Assembly: GCA_963831425.1 (NCBI GenBank)
Contig: CAWHQC010000031.1
Span: 330,199 to 394,198 of the forward strand
Reading direction: 5' to 3'
Origin: an uncultured Gemmatimonadales bacterium
GTDB lineage: Bacteria > Gemmatimonadota > Gemmatimonadetes > Gemmatimonadales > GWC2-71-9
DNA: 64,000 bases
Positions 9,979 to 19,422 of this stretch are shown here, in pieces. The stretch's first letter is position 1, and each line of letters begins with the position of its first letter. Made by a program: the position numbers and the translations under genes. The notes below the pieces were generated by a model, which ran no database searches, was not told the origin of the DNA, and saw nothing but the letters and a program-made list of their open reading frames with translations.

Positions 9979-11217
9979 ATGACGGTCACCGCCGGCCACG
10001 AGCTCGACGTCGAGCGACTGCGGAAGGATTTCCCGATCCTCTCGCAGCGGGTCCGCGGGAAGCCGCTCGTCTACCTCGACAACGCCGCCACCAGTCAGAA
10101 GCCCCGGTCCGTGATCGATGCCATCGGCCGCTTCTACGCGGCCGAGAATGCCAATGTCCATCGCGGTGTCCACTTCCTGAGCGAACGGGCCACGCTGGCG
10201 TACGAGGCGGTGCGCGCGCGCGTGGCCCGATTCCTCAACGCGTCAGGCTCCGGCGAAATCATCTTCACCAGCGGCACGACCGAGGCGGTCAACCTGGTGG
10301 CCCAGAGCTGGGGCAGGAGCGCCGTTCGGCCCGGCGACGAACTCCTCGTCACGGCGATGGAGCACCACTCCAATCTGGTGCCCTGGCAACTCCTTGCGGC
10401 TCAGACGGGGGCGACCGTGCGCGCCGTGCCCATCACGGACGCCGGTGAGCTCGACTTCGACGCGTTCGATCGCCTGCTCACCGATCGCACCCGGCTCCTG
10501 GCGATCGCTCACGTCTCCAACGCGCTCGGCACAGTCAACCCGGTGCGCGCGCTGGTGGCCCATGCGCGCCGGCGCGGCCTGGTGACTCTGGTGGATGGCG
10601 CCCAGTCGGTGCCGCACTTGGCCGTCGACGTCCAGGCGCTGGACTGCGACTTCTTGGCCTTCTCGGGACATAAGGTCTATGGGCCAACGGGCGTCGGCGT
10701 GTTGTACGGGCGGGCGGCGCTGCTCGAGCGGATGCCGCCCTGGCAGGGCGGCGGCGACATGATCGAGACGGTCACCCTGGAAGCGAGCACGTTTGCTCCA
10801 CCACCGGCCCGATTCGAGGCCGGAACGCCGAAGATCGCTCAGGTAATTGGGCTGGGCGCCGCGCTCGACTACGTGGCCGCCGTGGGACTCGCGCAAATCG
10901 GCGCGCGGGAAGAAGAACTGCTGGCGTATGCCACCGATCAGGTGAGCACCGTGGAGGGGATTCGTCTCATCGGCACCGCGCGGGACAAGGCCGCGGTGCT
11001 CTCGTTCGTGGTCGAAGGCGTGCACCCGCACGACGTTGCGGCCGTGCTCGACGATGAGGGCGTCGCGATCCGGGCGGGCCACCACTGCGCCCAGCCGGTC
11101 ATGAGTCGGTTCGGGGTCCCGGCCACCGTGCGCGCGTCCTTCGCGTTCTACAACACCCGGGAGGAAATCGACGTGCTCATCCGCGGTCTCCGCCGGGTCA
11201 GGACGCTGTTCGCCTGA
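9979..11217 (+). CDS. sufS: Cysteine desulfurase SufS (class II aminotransferase)
   Basis: HHSNLVPWQ, SGHKVYGPTGVGVLYG (PLP lysine) and RAGHHCAQP (active-site Cys). Confidence 0.9.
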   Translation: MTVTAGHELDVERLRKDFPILSQRVRGKPLVYLDNAATSQKPRSVIDAIGRFYAAENANVHRGVHFLSERATLAYEAVRARVARFLNASGSGEIIFTSGTTEAVNLVAQSWGRSAVRPGDELLVTAMEHHSNLVPWQLLAAQTGATVRAVPITDAGELDFDAFDRLLTDRTRLLAIAHVSNALGTVNPVRALVAHARRRGLVTLVDGAQSVPHLAVDVQALDCDFLAFSGHKVYGPTGVGVLYGRAALLERMPPWQGGGDMIETVTLEASTFAPPPARFEAGTPKIAQVIGLGAALDYVAAVGLAQIGAREEELLAYATDQVSTVEGIRLIGTARDKAAVLSFVVEGVHPHDVAAVLDDEGVAIRAGHHCAQPVMSRFGVPATVRASFAFYNTREEIDVLIRGLRRVRTLFA

Positions 11218-11660
11218 TGCCGAGCCTGAGCGAGCTGTACCAGAACGTCATCCTGGAGCACAACCGCTCGCCCCGCAACTTCCGGCCGATGCCCGATGCG
11301 GATCGCCACGCCGAGGGGCACAATCCGCTCTGTGGCGACCAGTTGACGGTGTGGGTCCGGATGGACGGCGGTGTGATTGAGGACGTGAGCTTTCAGGGTT
11401 CGGGATGCGCCATTTCCCGGGCTTCCGCGTCGCTCATGACGAGCATGGTGAAGGGCAAGACGCAGGCGGAGGCCACCCTTCTGTTCGAGCAGTTCCACCG
11501 GCTCGTGACCGGAACGCTCGCCCCGGACCAGGCGGAAACCCTGGGGAAGCTCGCCGTGTTCTCGGGAGTGTCACAGTTTCCGATTCGTGTGAAGTGCGCC
11601 AGCCTTTCGTGGCACACCTTGAAGGCGGCGCTCGACGAAGGCATCAACACCAACACCTGA
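11217..11660 (+). CDS. sufU: SufU/IscU-like sulfur acceptor/scaffold
   Basis: 147 aa with NPLCGD, GSGCAISRAS and VKCASLSW. The start overlaps the sufS stop by 1 nt. Confidence 0.85.
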   Translation: MPSLSELYQNVILEHNRSPRNFRPMPDADRHAEGHNPLCGDQLTVWVRMDGGVIEDVSFQGSGCAISRASASLMTSMVKGKTQAEATLLFEQFHRLVTGTLAPDQAETLGKLAVFSGVSQFPIRVKCASLSWHTLKAALDEGINTNT

Positions 11661-11674
11661 AGGAGTACTTGAAA

Positions 11675-12102
11675 ATGCCGTATCCCCCGCGCTCGTGGCC
11701 CCGATGCGCGAAGAGATGACCCGTATGGGAGCCCGTGAGCTCACCAGCGCGGCGGAGGTCGACGCCACTCTCGGCGATCAGAAGGGCACGATGCTGGTGT
11801 TCGTCAACTCTGTCTGCGGCTGTGCCGCGGGGAACGCGCGCCCGGCGCTGCACTTCGCGCTGCAGCATGGAGTGCGGCCGCAGCAGGTCGTCACCGTGTT
11901 CGCCGGCCAGGATGTCGAGGCCACGGCGCGCGCGCGGCAGTACTTCGCGGAGTACCAGCCGAGCAGCCCATCGATCGCCCTGTTGAGGGACGGCGAGGTG
12001 GTGCACTTCGTTCACCGACATCAGATCGAGGGGCGCGCACCGCAGGACGTCGCGGCCGATCTCAAGGTGGCGTTCGACCGTCATTTCCCGGTCGCGGTTT
12101 GA
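11675..12102 (+). pseudogene. Bacilliredoxin (YphP/YqiW, DUF1094 family); probable 1-nt homopolymer deletion near the start
   Basis: VNSVCGCAAG redox motif and PSSPSIALL. A strong AAGGAG sequence and ATG 11675 give MPYPP, then the frame is lost at the C5 run 11684-11688. The family frame resumes as (L)VAPMREEM, which is ORF 11695..12102. Confidence 0.75.
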
Positions 12103-12126
12103 GTGGGGATGCCGTGACCGGGACAC

Positions 12127-12405
12127 GTGTTTCACCCCGGCCATCAGGAGCTGCACGGCGTCACCGTCGTGCTGGAGACACGCGGCTCGCGGACGTATGT
12201 GGGCCGCTTCCACAGCCAGGACGAGCAGGGCGTGGAGTTGCACGACGTGGGTGTCCACGACGCTCTCGCCGGCGGCACGTCCAAGGAGGAATTCCTGCGG
12301 CAGTGCAACAAGTTCGGCATTCGGCCGGAACATCGCGACTTGTTCATTCCCGTCGGGCGATGTCGCGAGCATCAGCCGTTTGGTGGACGCGATCGGATAA
12401 GCTGA
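12127..12405 (+). CDS. Hypothetical protein (92 aa); C-terminus possibly frameshifted
   Basis: ORF track entry. No family recognised. An alternative frame gives the tail [14 protein letters not shown], ending at 12400. Confidence 0.45.
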   Translation: MFHPGHQELHGVTVVLETRGSRTYVGRFHSQDEQGVELHDVGVHDALAGGTSKEEFLRQCNKFGIRPEHRDLFIPVGRCREHQPFGGRDRIS

Positions 12406-12460
12406 ACTCTTCGGCGGGAGGCTCGTCATCCCGCGCCCGTTCGCCGGTACATTCCGTGAC

Positions 12461-14342
12461 ATGAATCTGCGCTACGACGTCCTGGTCATCGGCGGGGGGC
12501 ACGCCGGCACGGAAGCGGCTGCGCTGGCCGCGCGCGCGGGCGCGCGCACGCTGCTCCTCACGCAGAACCTCGAAACCATCGGTCAGATGTCATGCAATCC
12601 CGCGATCGGCGGCATCGCCAAGGGTACGGTGGTGCGCGAGGTGGACGCGCTCGGCGGGATCATGGGGCGGGCCACTGATCTCGCGCGCATTCAGTTCCGG
12701 ATGCTCAATCGATCAAGGGTCCAGCCGTCTGGTCGCCCCGCGCGCAGTGTGATCGCGGACTGTATCGTCGCGCCGTGCGTTCACTTCTGGAACGTAGCGC
12801 TCGTACTCTTGAGCTGCCCAGGGCACGGCTGTCGGCATGGTCCGGATGAACGCAGGGGCCGTCGCTGGTGTCGAGACAGCGGACGGCCGGCGTTATTCTG
12901 GCACGCGCGGTCGTCCTCACGGCCGGGCACGTTTCTCCGCGGTCGGATCCACCTCGGACTCGACACTCGCGTGCCGGCCGGACGAGCTGGTGAGAGCCCG
13001 CCGATTGAGATGGCGCAAGCTCTTGAGGACTTGGACTTGCAGCATCGGAGATTCAAGACGGGTACGCCGCCGCGCATCGATGGGCGGTCAGTGGACCTGC
13101 GTCAGCTCGACCGCCAGGAGGGCGACACCGGCCCGTTCTGGTTCTCCTTTCACCACCGCGAGGCACATCCGGAACAGCGGCCGTGCTATCTCACCCGAAC
13201 AAATTCTCGGCTCCGTGAAATCATCGAGCAGCACCTGCATGAGTCCGCCCTCTATGGCGGCGCGATCAGCGGTCGGGGCCCGCGGTACTGCCCCTCGATC
13301 GAGGACAAGATCGTCAAGTTTCCCGACGGCGGATGGCCACCAGATATTTCTCGAGCCGGAGGGGCTGGAGACGACGCGAGATGTACGTCAACGGTCTCTC
13401 CACCTCACTGCCGCCGGCGGTGCAGCTGGAGTTGCTGCGTATCGATCCCGGGGCTCGAGCAGGTCCGGATGACTCGCCCGGGCTACGCCATCGAGTACGA
13501 CTACTTCCCGCCGACGCAGCTGCTGCCGACGCTCGAGGTTCGCGGCGTGCCCGGGCTCTTTCTGGCTGGCCAGGTCAATGGCACCACCGGCTATGAGGAG
13601 GCCGCGGGGCAGGGGGTGGTGGCGGGACTGAATGCGGCCTGCGCGTGCACTGGACCGAGAGCCGGTCGCTCTGCCGCGCGACTCGGCGTTCATCGGCGTG
13701 CTGGTGGACGACCTGGTGACTCGCGGAGTGGACGAGCCGTATCGCCTGTTCACGTCGCGATCCGAGTTCCGGTTGCTGCTTCGCCAGGACAACGCGCTCC
13801 GGCGGCTGCTCCCGCTTGGCCGAGCGGCTGGGTCTCTTGAGCGACGCCGAACTCTGGAACGCCGGGCGCAGCGCCTGGAGAGTGAAGATGAGCTCTGAGC
13901 TGGCGGAGCGCACGTCGGTCGAGGTCCGAGCGCCGCCAATCCGGTTCTGCAGGCAGCCGGCTCGCCACCGATTGCGCGACCGGACCGAGTGTCGCCGAGC
14001 TGGCCCGCCGGCCCGGCGTTTCCTGCTGCCGCGTTGCTTGCGGCGGCGGGGGAGGATGGATCGACGAGGCAGCGGAATGGGCCGAGATCGAGCTCAAGTA
14101 CTGCGGGCTACCTCCGGCGCGAGCGTTCTGCCGCATGCACGCTCTGGCGCAGATGGAGGAATTCGCCCTTCCGGCCGAGCCTCGAGTACCGAGGCGCTGA
14201 CGACGCTCTCCTTCGAGGCCCGGGAGAAGCTCGACGCTCGTCAAGCCCGGCCTCGCTTGGCCAAGCGGGTCGGATTCCCGGGGTCTCGCCCAGCGACCTG
14301 CAGAGCCTGGTCATGGAAGTCGTGAAGATCCGCCGCGCTTAG
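12461..14342 (+). pseudogene. mnmG: tRNA uridine 5-carboxymethylaminomethyl modification enzyme MnmG (GidA); at least eight frameshifts as assembled
   Basis: [19 protein letters not shown] motif and SCNPAIGG. Fragments in all three frames include [105 protein letters not shown] and GVSPSDLQSLVMEVVKIRRA (stop 14342). Confidence 0.9.
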
Positions 14343-14367
14343 AAGCGTGTTCGTCGCGCCGCCGGAG

Positions 14368-14383
14368 CGTTTCACGTGAAACA
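14368..14383. other. parS: parS centromere-like site (CGTTTCACGTGAAACA, 15/16 match to TGTTTCACGTGAAACA)
   Basis: Palindrome read directly from the sequence. It lies between mnmG and parA. Confidence 0.85.
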
Positions 14384-14443
14384 CCGAGCCGCTTCTCCTG
14401 AGCCGACTCACGCGATGTCGCCGCTCGAGCCGGCCCTTGCACT

Positions 14444-14459
14444 GGTTTCACGTGAAACA
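14444..14459. other. parS: parS centromere-like site (GGTTTCACGTGAAACA, 15/16)
   Basis: Second copy, 76 bp downstream of the first. Confidence 0.85.
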
Positions 14460-14605
14460 ACTCGACTGTTGGCGCCTTGGACTGCCTCCATCCCCTATAT
14501 TGTCGCGTCGCACCGCCACGCGGCCCCCTCCCCGGCCAAGCGACCACGGAATACGAATAGTCGTAAGTCATTACTTACCAAGTCTTTACAGGACGTAAAG
14601 CGTTC

Positions 14606-15426
14606 ATGGCCCATATCATAGCCATCGCCAACCAGAAGGGCGGCGTCGGCAAGACCACGACCGCCGTCAACCTCGCCGCCTCGCTGGCCATCGCCGAGCG
14701 GCGGACGCTGCTCGCTCGACGCGGACCCGCAGGGCAACGCCACCAGCGGGGTCGGGCATCGCCAAGCACGAGCTGCAGCTCTCGCTCTACGATGCCCTGG
14801 TCGAAGGCCGGCCGCCGCGAGACGATCATCCTCCCGGTGCCCGGGCTGCCGCATCTCTCCGTGCTGCCCGCGACGCAGGATCTGGTCGGCGCCGAGCTGC
14901 AGCTGGTCGAGCGCGAGAACCGCGAGGCCGCGCTGCGCGCCGTGCTCGACGCGACTGCAGAACGACTACGACTACATCGTCGTGGACTGCCCGCCCTCGC
15001 TCGGCCTGCTCACGCTCAACGTGCTCGCCGCGGCCAACACGGTGCTGATCCCCATCCAGTGCGAGTACTACGGACTCGAGGGGATCTCGCAGCTGCTCAA
15101 CACCGTCCGCCTGGTCCAGCAGAACTTCAACCCCGGGCTCGCCATCAGCGGCGTGCTGCTGACGATGTACGACTCGCGCCTCAACCTCTGCCGCCAGGTG
15201 GCGGAGGACGCCAAGGAATACTTCGGCGCCAAGATGTTCGTCACGCCGATCCCGCGAAACGTGCGGCTCGCCGAGGCGCCGAGCTTCGGCAAGCCGATTC
15301 TTCTGTACGACGTGCAGTCGGTTGGCGCCAAGAGCTACCTCGCGGTGGCGCAGGAGCTGATGCGCCGCGTGGAGAATGCCGCCGTGCCCGAAGCCTCCGA
15401 AGCCGCTGCCCGAGGTGGCCACATGA
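14606..15426 (+). pseudogene. parA: Chromosome partitioning ATPase ParA/Soj; at least five frameshifts as assembled
   Basis: MAHIIAIANQKGGVGKTTTAVNLA (deviant Walker A), VDADPQGNATSG, DYDYIVVDCPPSLGLLTLN and PRNVRLAEAPSFGKPILLYD are spread over three frames. The likely true stop is TGA 15424-15426, which overlaps the parB ATG. Confidence 0.9.
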
Positions 15427-16324
15427 GCGAGACCAAGCGGCTGGGTCGGGGCCTCGAGGCGCTGCTCGGTCCCGTGTCGCGGGAGCAGGCGGAGGCCTCA
15501 GGGGCCCTGCGCGAGCTCGCCGATCTCGAGCGTCAGGCCCAATCCTTACCAGCCGCGTACGCGGATGGACGAGGGGCCACTCGAGGAACTGGTCGCGTCC
15601 ATGCAGGCCTCGGGCCTGCTGCAGCCGGTCATCGTCCGTCCTCGTAGCGGCGGCTACGAGCTCATCGCGGGCGAGCGCCGCTGGCGTGCCGCGACCCAGC
15701 TCGGCTGGGCCAAGATCCCCGCCGTGGTGAAGGACGTCGACGACCAACGCTGCTGACGCTCGCCCTCATCGAGAACCTTCAGCGCGACGATCTCTCGCCG
15801 ATCGACGAGGCGGCCGGCTACCAGCGCCTGGGAGCGGAGTTTCAAGCTACCCCAGGCGGAGATCGCGCGGCTCGTCGGACGGAATCGAACGACGGTCGCC
15901 AATCTGCTCCGGCTGCTGCAGCTCCCTGCGGAGGTGCAGGCGCTGGTGCACGAGCGCAAGCTGTCGGAAGGGCACGCGCGTGCCCTGCTTGCGCTCGCCG
16001 AGCCCGCGGCGATGATCGCGCTCGCACGCCAGGCAGCCGCGGAAGGCTGGTCGGTCCGCGAGATGGAAGCGCGGGTCCGTGGCGACGTGCGCGGGCACGC
16101 GGGCGACGGTCGCCGCGCCAGCGCTCAAGCGCGCCCGTCCGGCGCAGCGCGCCGTCACCGCCGACGTGCGGCGCGTCGAGGACGCGCTCCGCAAGCGCCT
16201 CGGCACGGACGTGCGGGTCACCACGCGCCGTCGCGGCCGAGGATTGCTCACCGTCAGCTACTACTCGAACGAAGATCTTGCACGCGTGCTGGAGCTGATC
16301 CTCGGCGGTCCGTTCGAGGGATGA
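15423..16324 (+). pseudogene. parB: Chromosome partitioning protein ParB/Spo0J; at least four frameshifts as assembled
   Basis: KRLGRGLEALLG, GLLQPVIVRP..YELIAGERRWRAA, ENLQRDDLSP and LSEGHARALL, with the C-terminal dimerisation block LTVSYYSNEDLARVLELI. Frame switches near 15540, 15750, 15845 and 16100. Confidence 0.9.
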
Positions 16325-17116
16325 GGCACGCGGCGCGCGCGGTGACCATCGTCGTCCAACCGGACGGCGCGACCCGGTCGCAGACGTATCGCATGCCGGT
16401 GTGGATCATACGGGCCGGCCTCGCGTTCCTGGGCGCGGCGGTCGTGGGCGTCATGTTTGCGGCGGCCCTGTATGGTCCGCTCGCTCGCGCTGCGGCGCGG
16501 GTTCCCGGGCTCGAGCACAGAGTCGCCCGGCTCGAAGCGGACAACGCCAAGGTCCGGCAACTCAGCGCGGCGCTAGACAGCGTCGAGTCACGGTACGCAC
16601 AGGTGCGTGAGATGATAGGCGGCGACATCGTCCGCGATCCTCTCACACTCGGTGCCGCGCTGCCCGTGGCTCCGGCGGTGCTTGCGCGAGTGGCGGACGC
16701 ACCGCGGGGACCGTCGGTCGGGCTCTCGCTCCCACGCCGGTGGCCGCTGGACGAGGCCGGGGTACATCACCCGTGGGCAGGTCGACACCGGCACCGAGGA
16801 CGAGGCGCACCCGGGCCTCGACATCGCCGTCGCGGTCGGGAGCATCGTGCGGGCGTCGGGCGGAGGGAGCGTCCGCCAGCTTGGCGAAGACCCGGAGTAC
16901 GGCTCCTTCGTACTGCTCGATCATCCCGACGACTACCAGACAATGTACGGTCACCTTTCCCGGATCCTCGTGGCACCCGGCGCCTCGGTTGCTCCCGGTC
17001 AGGTGATCGGCCTCAGCGGGAACAGCGGGCGTTCGACCGCGCCTCACCTGCACTTTGAAATCCGGCGAAAGGGGGTCTCGGTGGATCCCCGGACCATGAT
17101 CAAGGAGGGGACCTGA
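16321..17116 (+). pseudogene. M23 family metallopeptidase (membrane-anchored, coiled-coil); one frameshift as assembled
   Basis: ATG 16321 overlaps the parB stop. Contains a TM segment, HPGLDIA and GNSGRSTAPHLHFEIR. Frame switch near 16757 at a G run. Confidence 0.85.
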
Positions 17117-17535
17117 TGGGCTTCTTCACCAACCCGGCGCGGGACGAGCAGGGCAACGAACTCCGCCGCCGACGCACGGACCAGATCCCCTTTTCCATCA
17201 TCGCCAGTGACATGACGGTCATTGGCGATCTGGAAACGGAAGGTGTGGTCCGTGTGGAGGGGCGGGTACGAGGTACCGTGCGCGTCGGGGGCCAGGTACT
17301 GGTGGCGGCTGGCGCAGTCATCGAAGGCGATCTGCATACCCAGGAGGCCGTCGTCGCCGGGCAGGTGAGCGGTACCATCGTCGCGCGTGAGCGTGTGGAG
17401 CTCCAGGCAACGGCCGTGGTGGCGGGGGACATTCATACCCCCAGGATCGCGGTGGTCGAGGGGGCCAAGGTGAGCGGTGAGGTCAAGATGGACGCGGGCG
17501 GCGCGCCGGCCACCCAGGATTCCCACAAGAGTTGA
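17116..17535 (+). CDS. Bactofilin (DUF583 polymer-forming cytoskeletal protein)
   Basis: 139 aa with repetitive beta-helix windings (G.V.G.V.V...V.G.I). The start overlaps the M23 stop (TGATG). Confidence 0.85.
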   Translation: MGFFTNPARDEQGNELRRRRTDQIPFSIIASDMTVIGDLETEGVVRVEGRVRGTVRVGGQVLVAAGAVIEGDLHTQEAVVAGQVSGTIVARERVELQATAVVAGDIHTPRIAVVEGAKVSGEVKMDAGGAPATQDSHKS

Positions 17536-17558
17536 TAAGCAAGGCTAAGTTGTGGAAA

Positions 17559-18613
17559 ATGCGAGCTTTGTCAGCTAAGTGGCTTTATGCTGTCAGCATG
17601 GTGTGCCTGGCGGGGTGCTCCAAAACGGCCCCCGCGCCAGGCATGCGAGTCGGACTCATCACGCCCGGAAGCGTGACCGACGCCGCCTGGAACTCGGGCG
17701 CCTATGCCGGCCTGCAGCGGATCCACGATTCACTCCGTGTCGCCATAAGCCACGTGGAGGCACGCACGCCGGCCGAACAGGATGAGGCGCTCCGGACGTA
17801 CGCGGAGCAGGGCTACGATCTGGTCTTTGCCCATGGGTTCGAGTTTCAGGGCCCGGCCGAGCGGGTGTCGGCGGAGTATCCCAGAACGGTCTTCATCGTG
17901 ACGTCGGGATCGCGCGCTCACGGGAACGTGGCGCCGCTCATCTTCCGGCTGGAGGAGGCCAGCTATCTGGCCGGGATGGTGGCCGGCGGGCTCACGCGGA
18001 CGAACGTGCTCGGGTTCATCGGCGGAATCGAGCTGCCGCCGATCGAGGCCGCGTACCAGGGATGGGTGAACGGCGCGACGGCGGTCAACCCACGGGTACA
18101 GAGCCGGAAGATCTACCTCAACAGCTTCGACGATGCCGCGGCGGGACGCGAAGCGGCGCTGGCGTTGATCCGCGTCGGCGCGGACATGCTCCATCACAAC
18201 GCCGACGCGGCCGCGCTCGGCGTGTTCCAGGCGGCCAAGGAGTCGCCCGGGGTGTACGTATTCGGCGCCAACGCGGACCAGACGGCGCTGGCACCGGAGC
18301 ACGTGCTGGAAGCGCGGTCATCGATTTGCCGCGCGCCTTTCTGCTCGTGGCGAAGGAGGTGAAGAACGGTTCGTTCACCCCCAAGGTGGAAGCGTTCGGG
18401 CTCGCGAGCGGGGTCGTGCGCTACGAGGCGAATCCCGCGCTCAGCCGCATGGTGCCGGCCGGGCTCGCGGCGCGAATGAAGGCGGCGTCCGACTCGCTCG
18501 CCGCGGGGAGGCTGGTCGCGGCGCCGCGTCCGGCGTCGATGCAGGCAATGAAGACACATGGAGAGATGAGCACGTCCGTAGCCTCCTCCGTGTCCAGTGT
18601 GTCTCCATGGTGA
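17559..18613 (+). pseudogene. BMP-family (PnrA/Med-like) ABC substrate-binding lipoprotein; one frameshift as assembled
   Basis: MRALSAKWLYAVSMVCLAGC lipobox. BMP motifs include ITPGSVTDAAWN and GFIGGIELPPI. Frame switch near 18305, with the tail in ORF 18062..18613. Confidence 0.8.
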
Positions 18614-19422
18614 ACCGGGAGAGCGTGACCGCCGTACCGCTGGCCGAGGTGGTCGAATATCTGGATAGCTACCTCCGTGTGCGCTCGATTCCGGACGAGC
18701 GAAACGCCGTCAACGGGCTGCAGGTGGAGAACCGCGGCCTGATCGGCGGGATCGTCGCGGCGGTGGACGCATCGCAAGCCACGATCGACGGCGTGATCGC
18801 GGACCGCGCGGGCGAAGATGATGCGCCGCCGCTCGTGCTGGTGCACCACGGGCTCCTCTGGGACGGGAACATCCCTCTCGCCGGCCGTCGCTATCGGCGG
18901 GTGGCGGCGCTGCTGGAGCACGATATCGCCCTCTACTCCGCGCATATCCCGCTCGACCTGCATCCCGCCGTCGGCAACAACGTCGTGCTCGCCGAGCGGC
19001 TGGGGCTCGCGGTCGAAGGGTGGTTCGGCGACTACAAGGGAGTGCCGATCGGAGTCTGGGGCAATGCGCCTGCCCGGCTGGTGCCGCGGGACGCGCTGCT
19101 CGCCGACGTCAATCACGCGCTCGGCACCGCTGAGCCGGGCGCACGACTCATCGCGGGCGGGCCCGAGCGCGTGGCGCGCGTCGGGATCATTACCGGTGGG
19201 GCGGGCGGCATGGTCGGCGCGGCGCACGAGGCTGGCCTCGACACCTTCATCACTGGCGAAGGCGCGCATCACACCTACTTCGACGCGGTGGAGTGGGGGC
19301 TCAACGTCATCTTCGCGGGACACTATGCTACCGAGACGCTGGGCGTCCAGGCGCTCGCCTCCCATCTCGCGGAGCGGTTCGGTCTCGAGTGGGAGTTTCA
19401 CGACCACCCTACCGGAATGTGA
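18607..19422 (+). CDS. Nif3-like dinuclear metal centre protein (YbgI/YqfO family)
   Basis: 271 aa with LVLVHHGLLW, GHYATE and LEWEF. The start overlaps the substrate-binding protein stop. Confidence 0.85.
   Translation: MVNRESVTAVPLAEVVEYLDSYLRVRSIPDERNAVNGLQVENRGLIGGIVAAVDASQATIDGVIADRAGEDDAPPLVLVHHGLLWDGNIPLAGRRYRRVAALLEHDIALYSAHIPLDLHPAVGNNVVLAERLGLAVEGWFGDYKGVPIGVWGNAPARLVPRDALLADVNHALGTAEPGARLIAGGPERVARVGIITGGAGGMVGAAHEAGLDTFITGEGAHHTYFDAVEWGLNVIFAGHYATETLGVQALASHLAERFGLEWEFHDHPTGM

Noticed and set aside
14982-15647. An apparent in-frame ParA-ParB fusion (..AARGGHMSETKRLGRGLEALL) with no stop between the two genes.
   Set aside because: In the +1 frame, parA ends ..PEVAT-TGA with the TGA overlapping the parB ATG (ATGA), the same coupling seen at other junctions. 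In a region riddled with indels, a C-terminal frameshift explains the apparent fusion better than a real fusion does.
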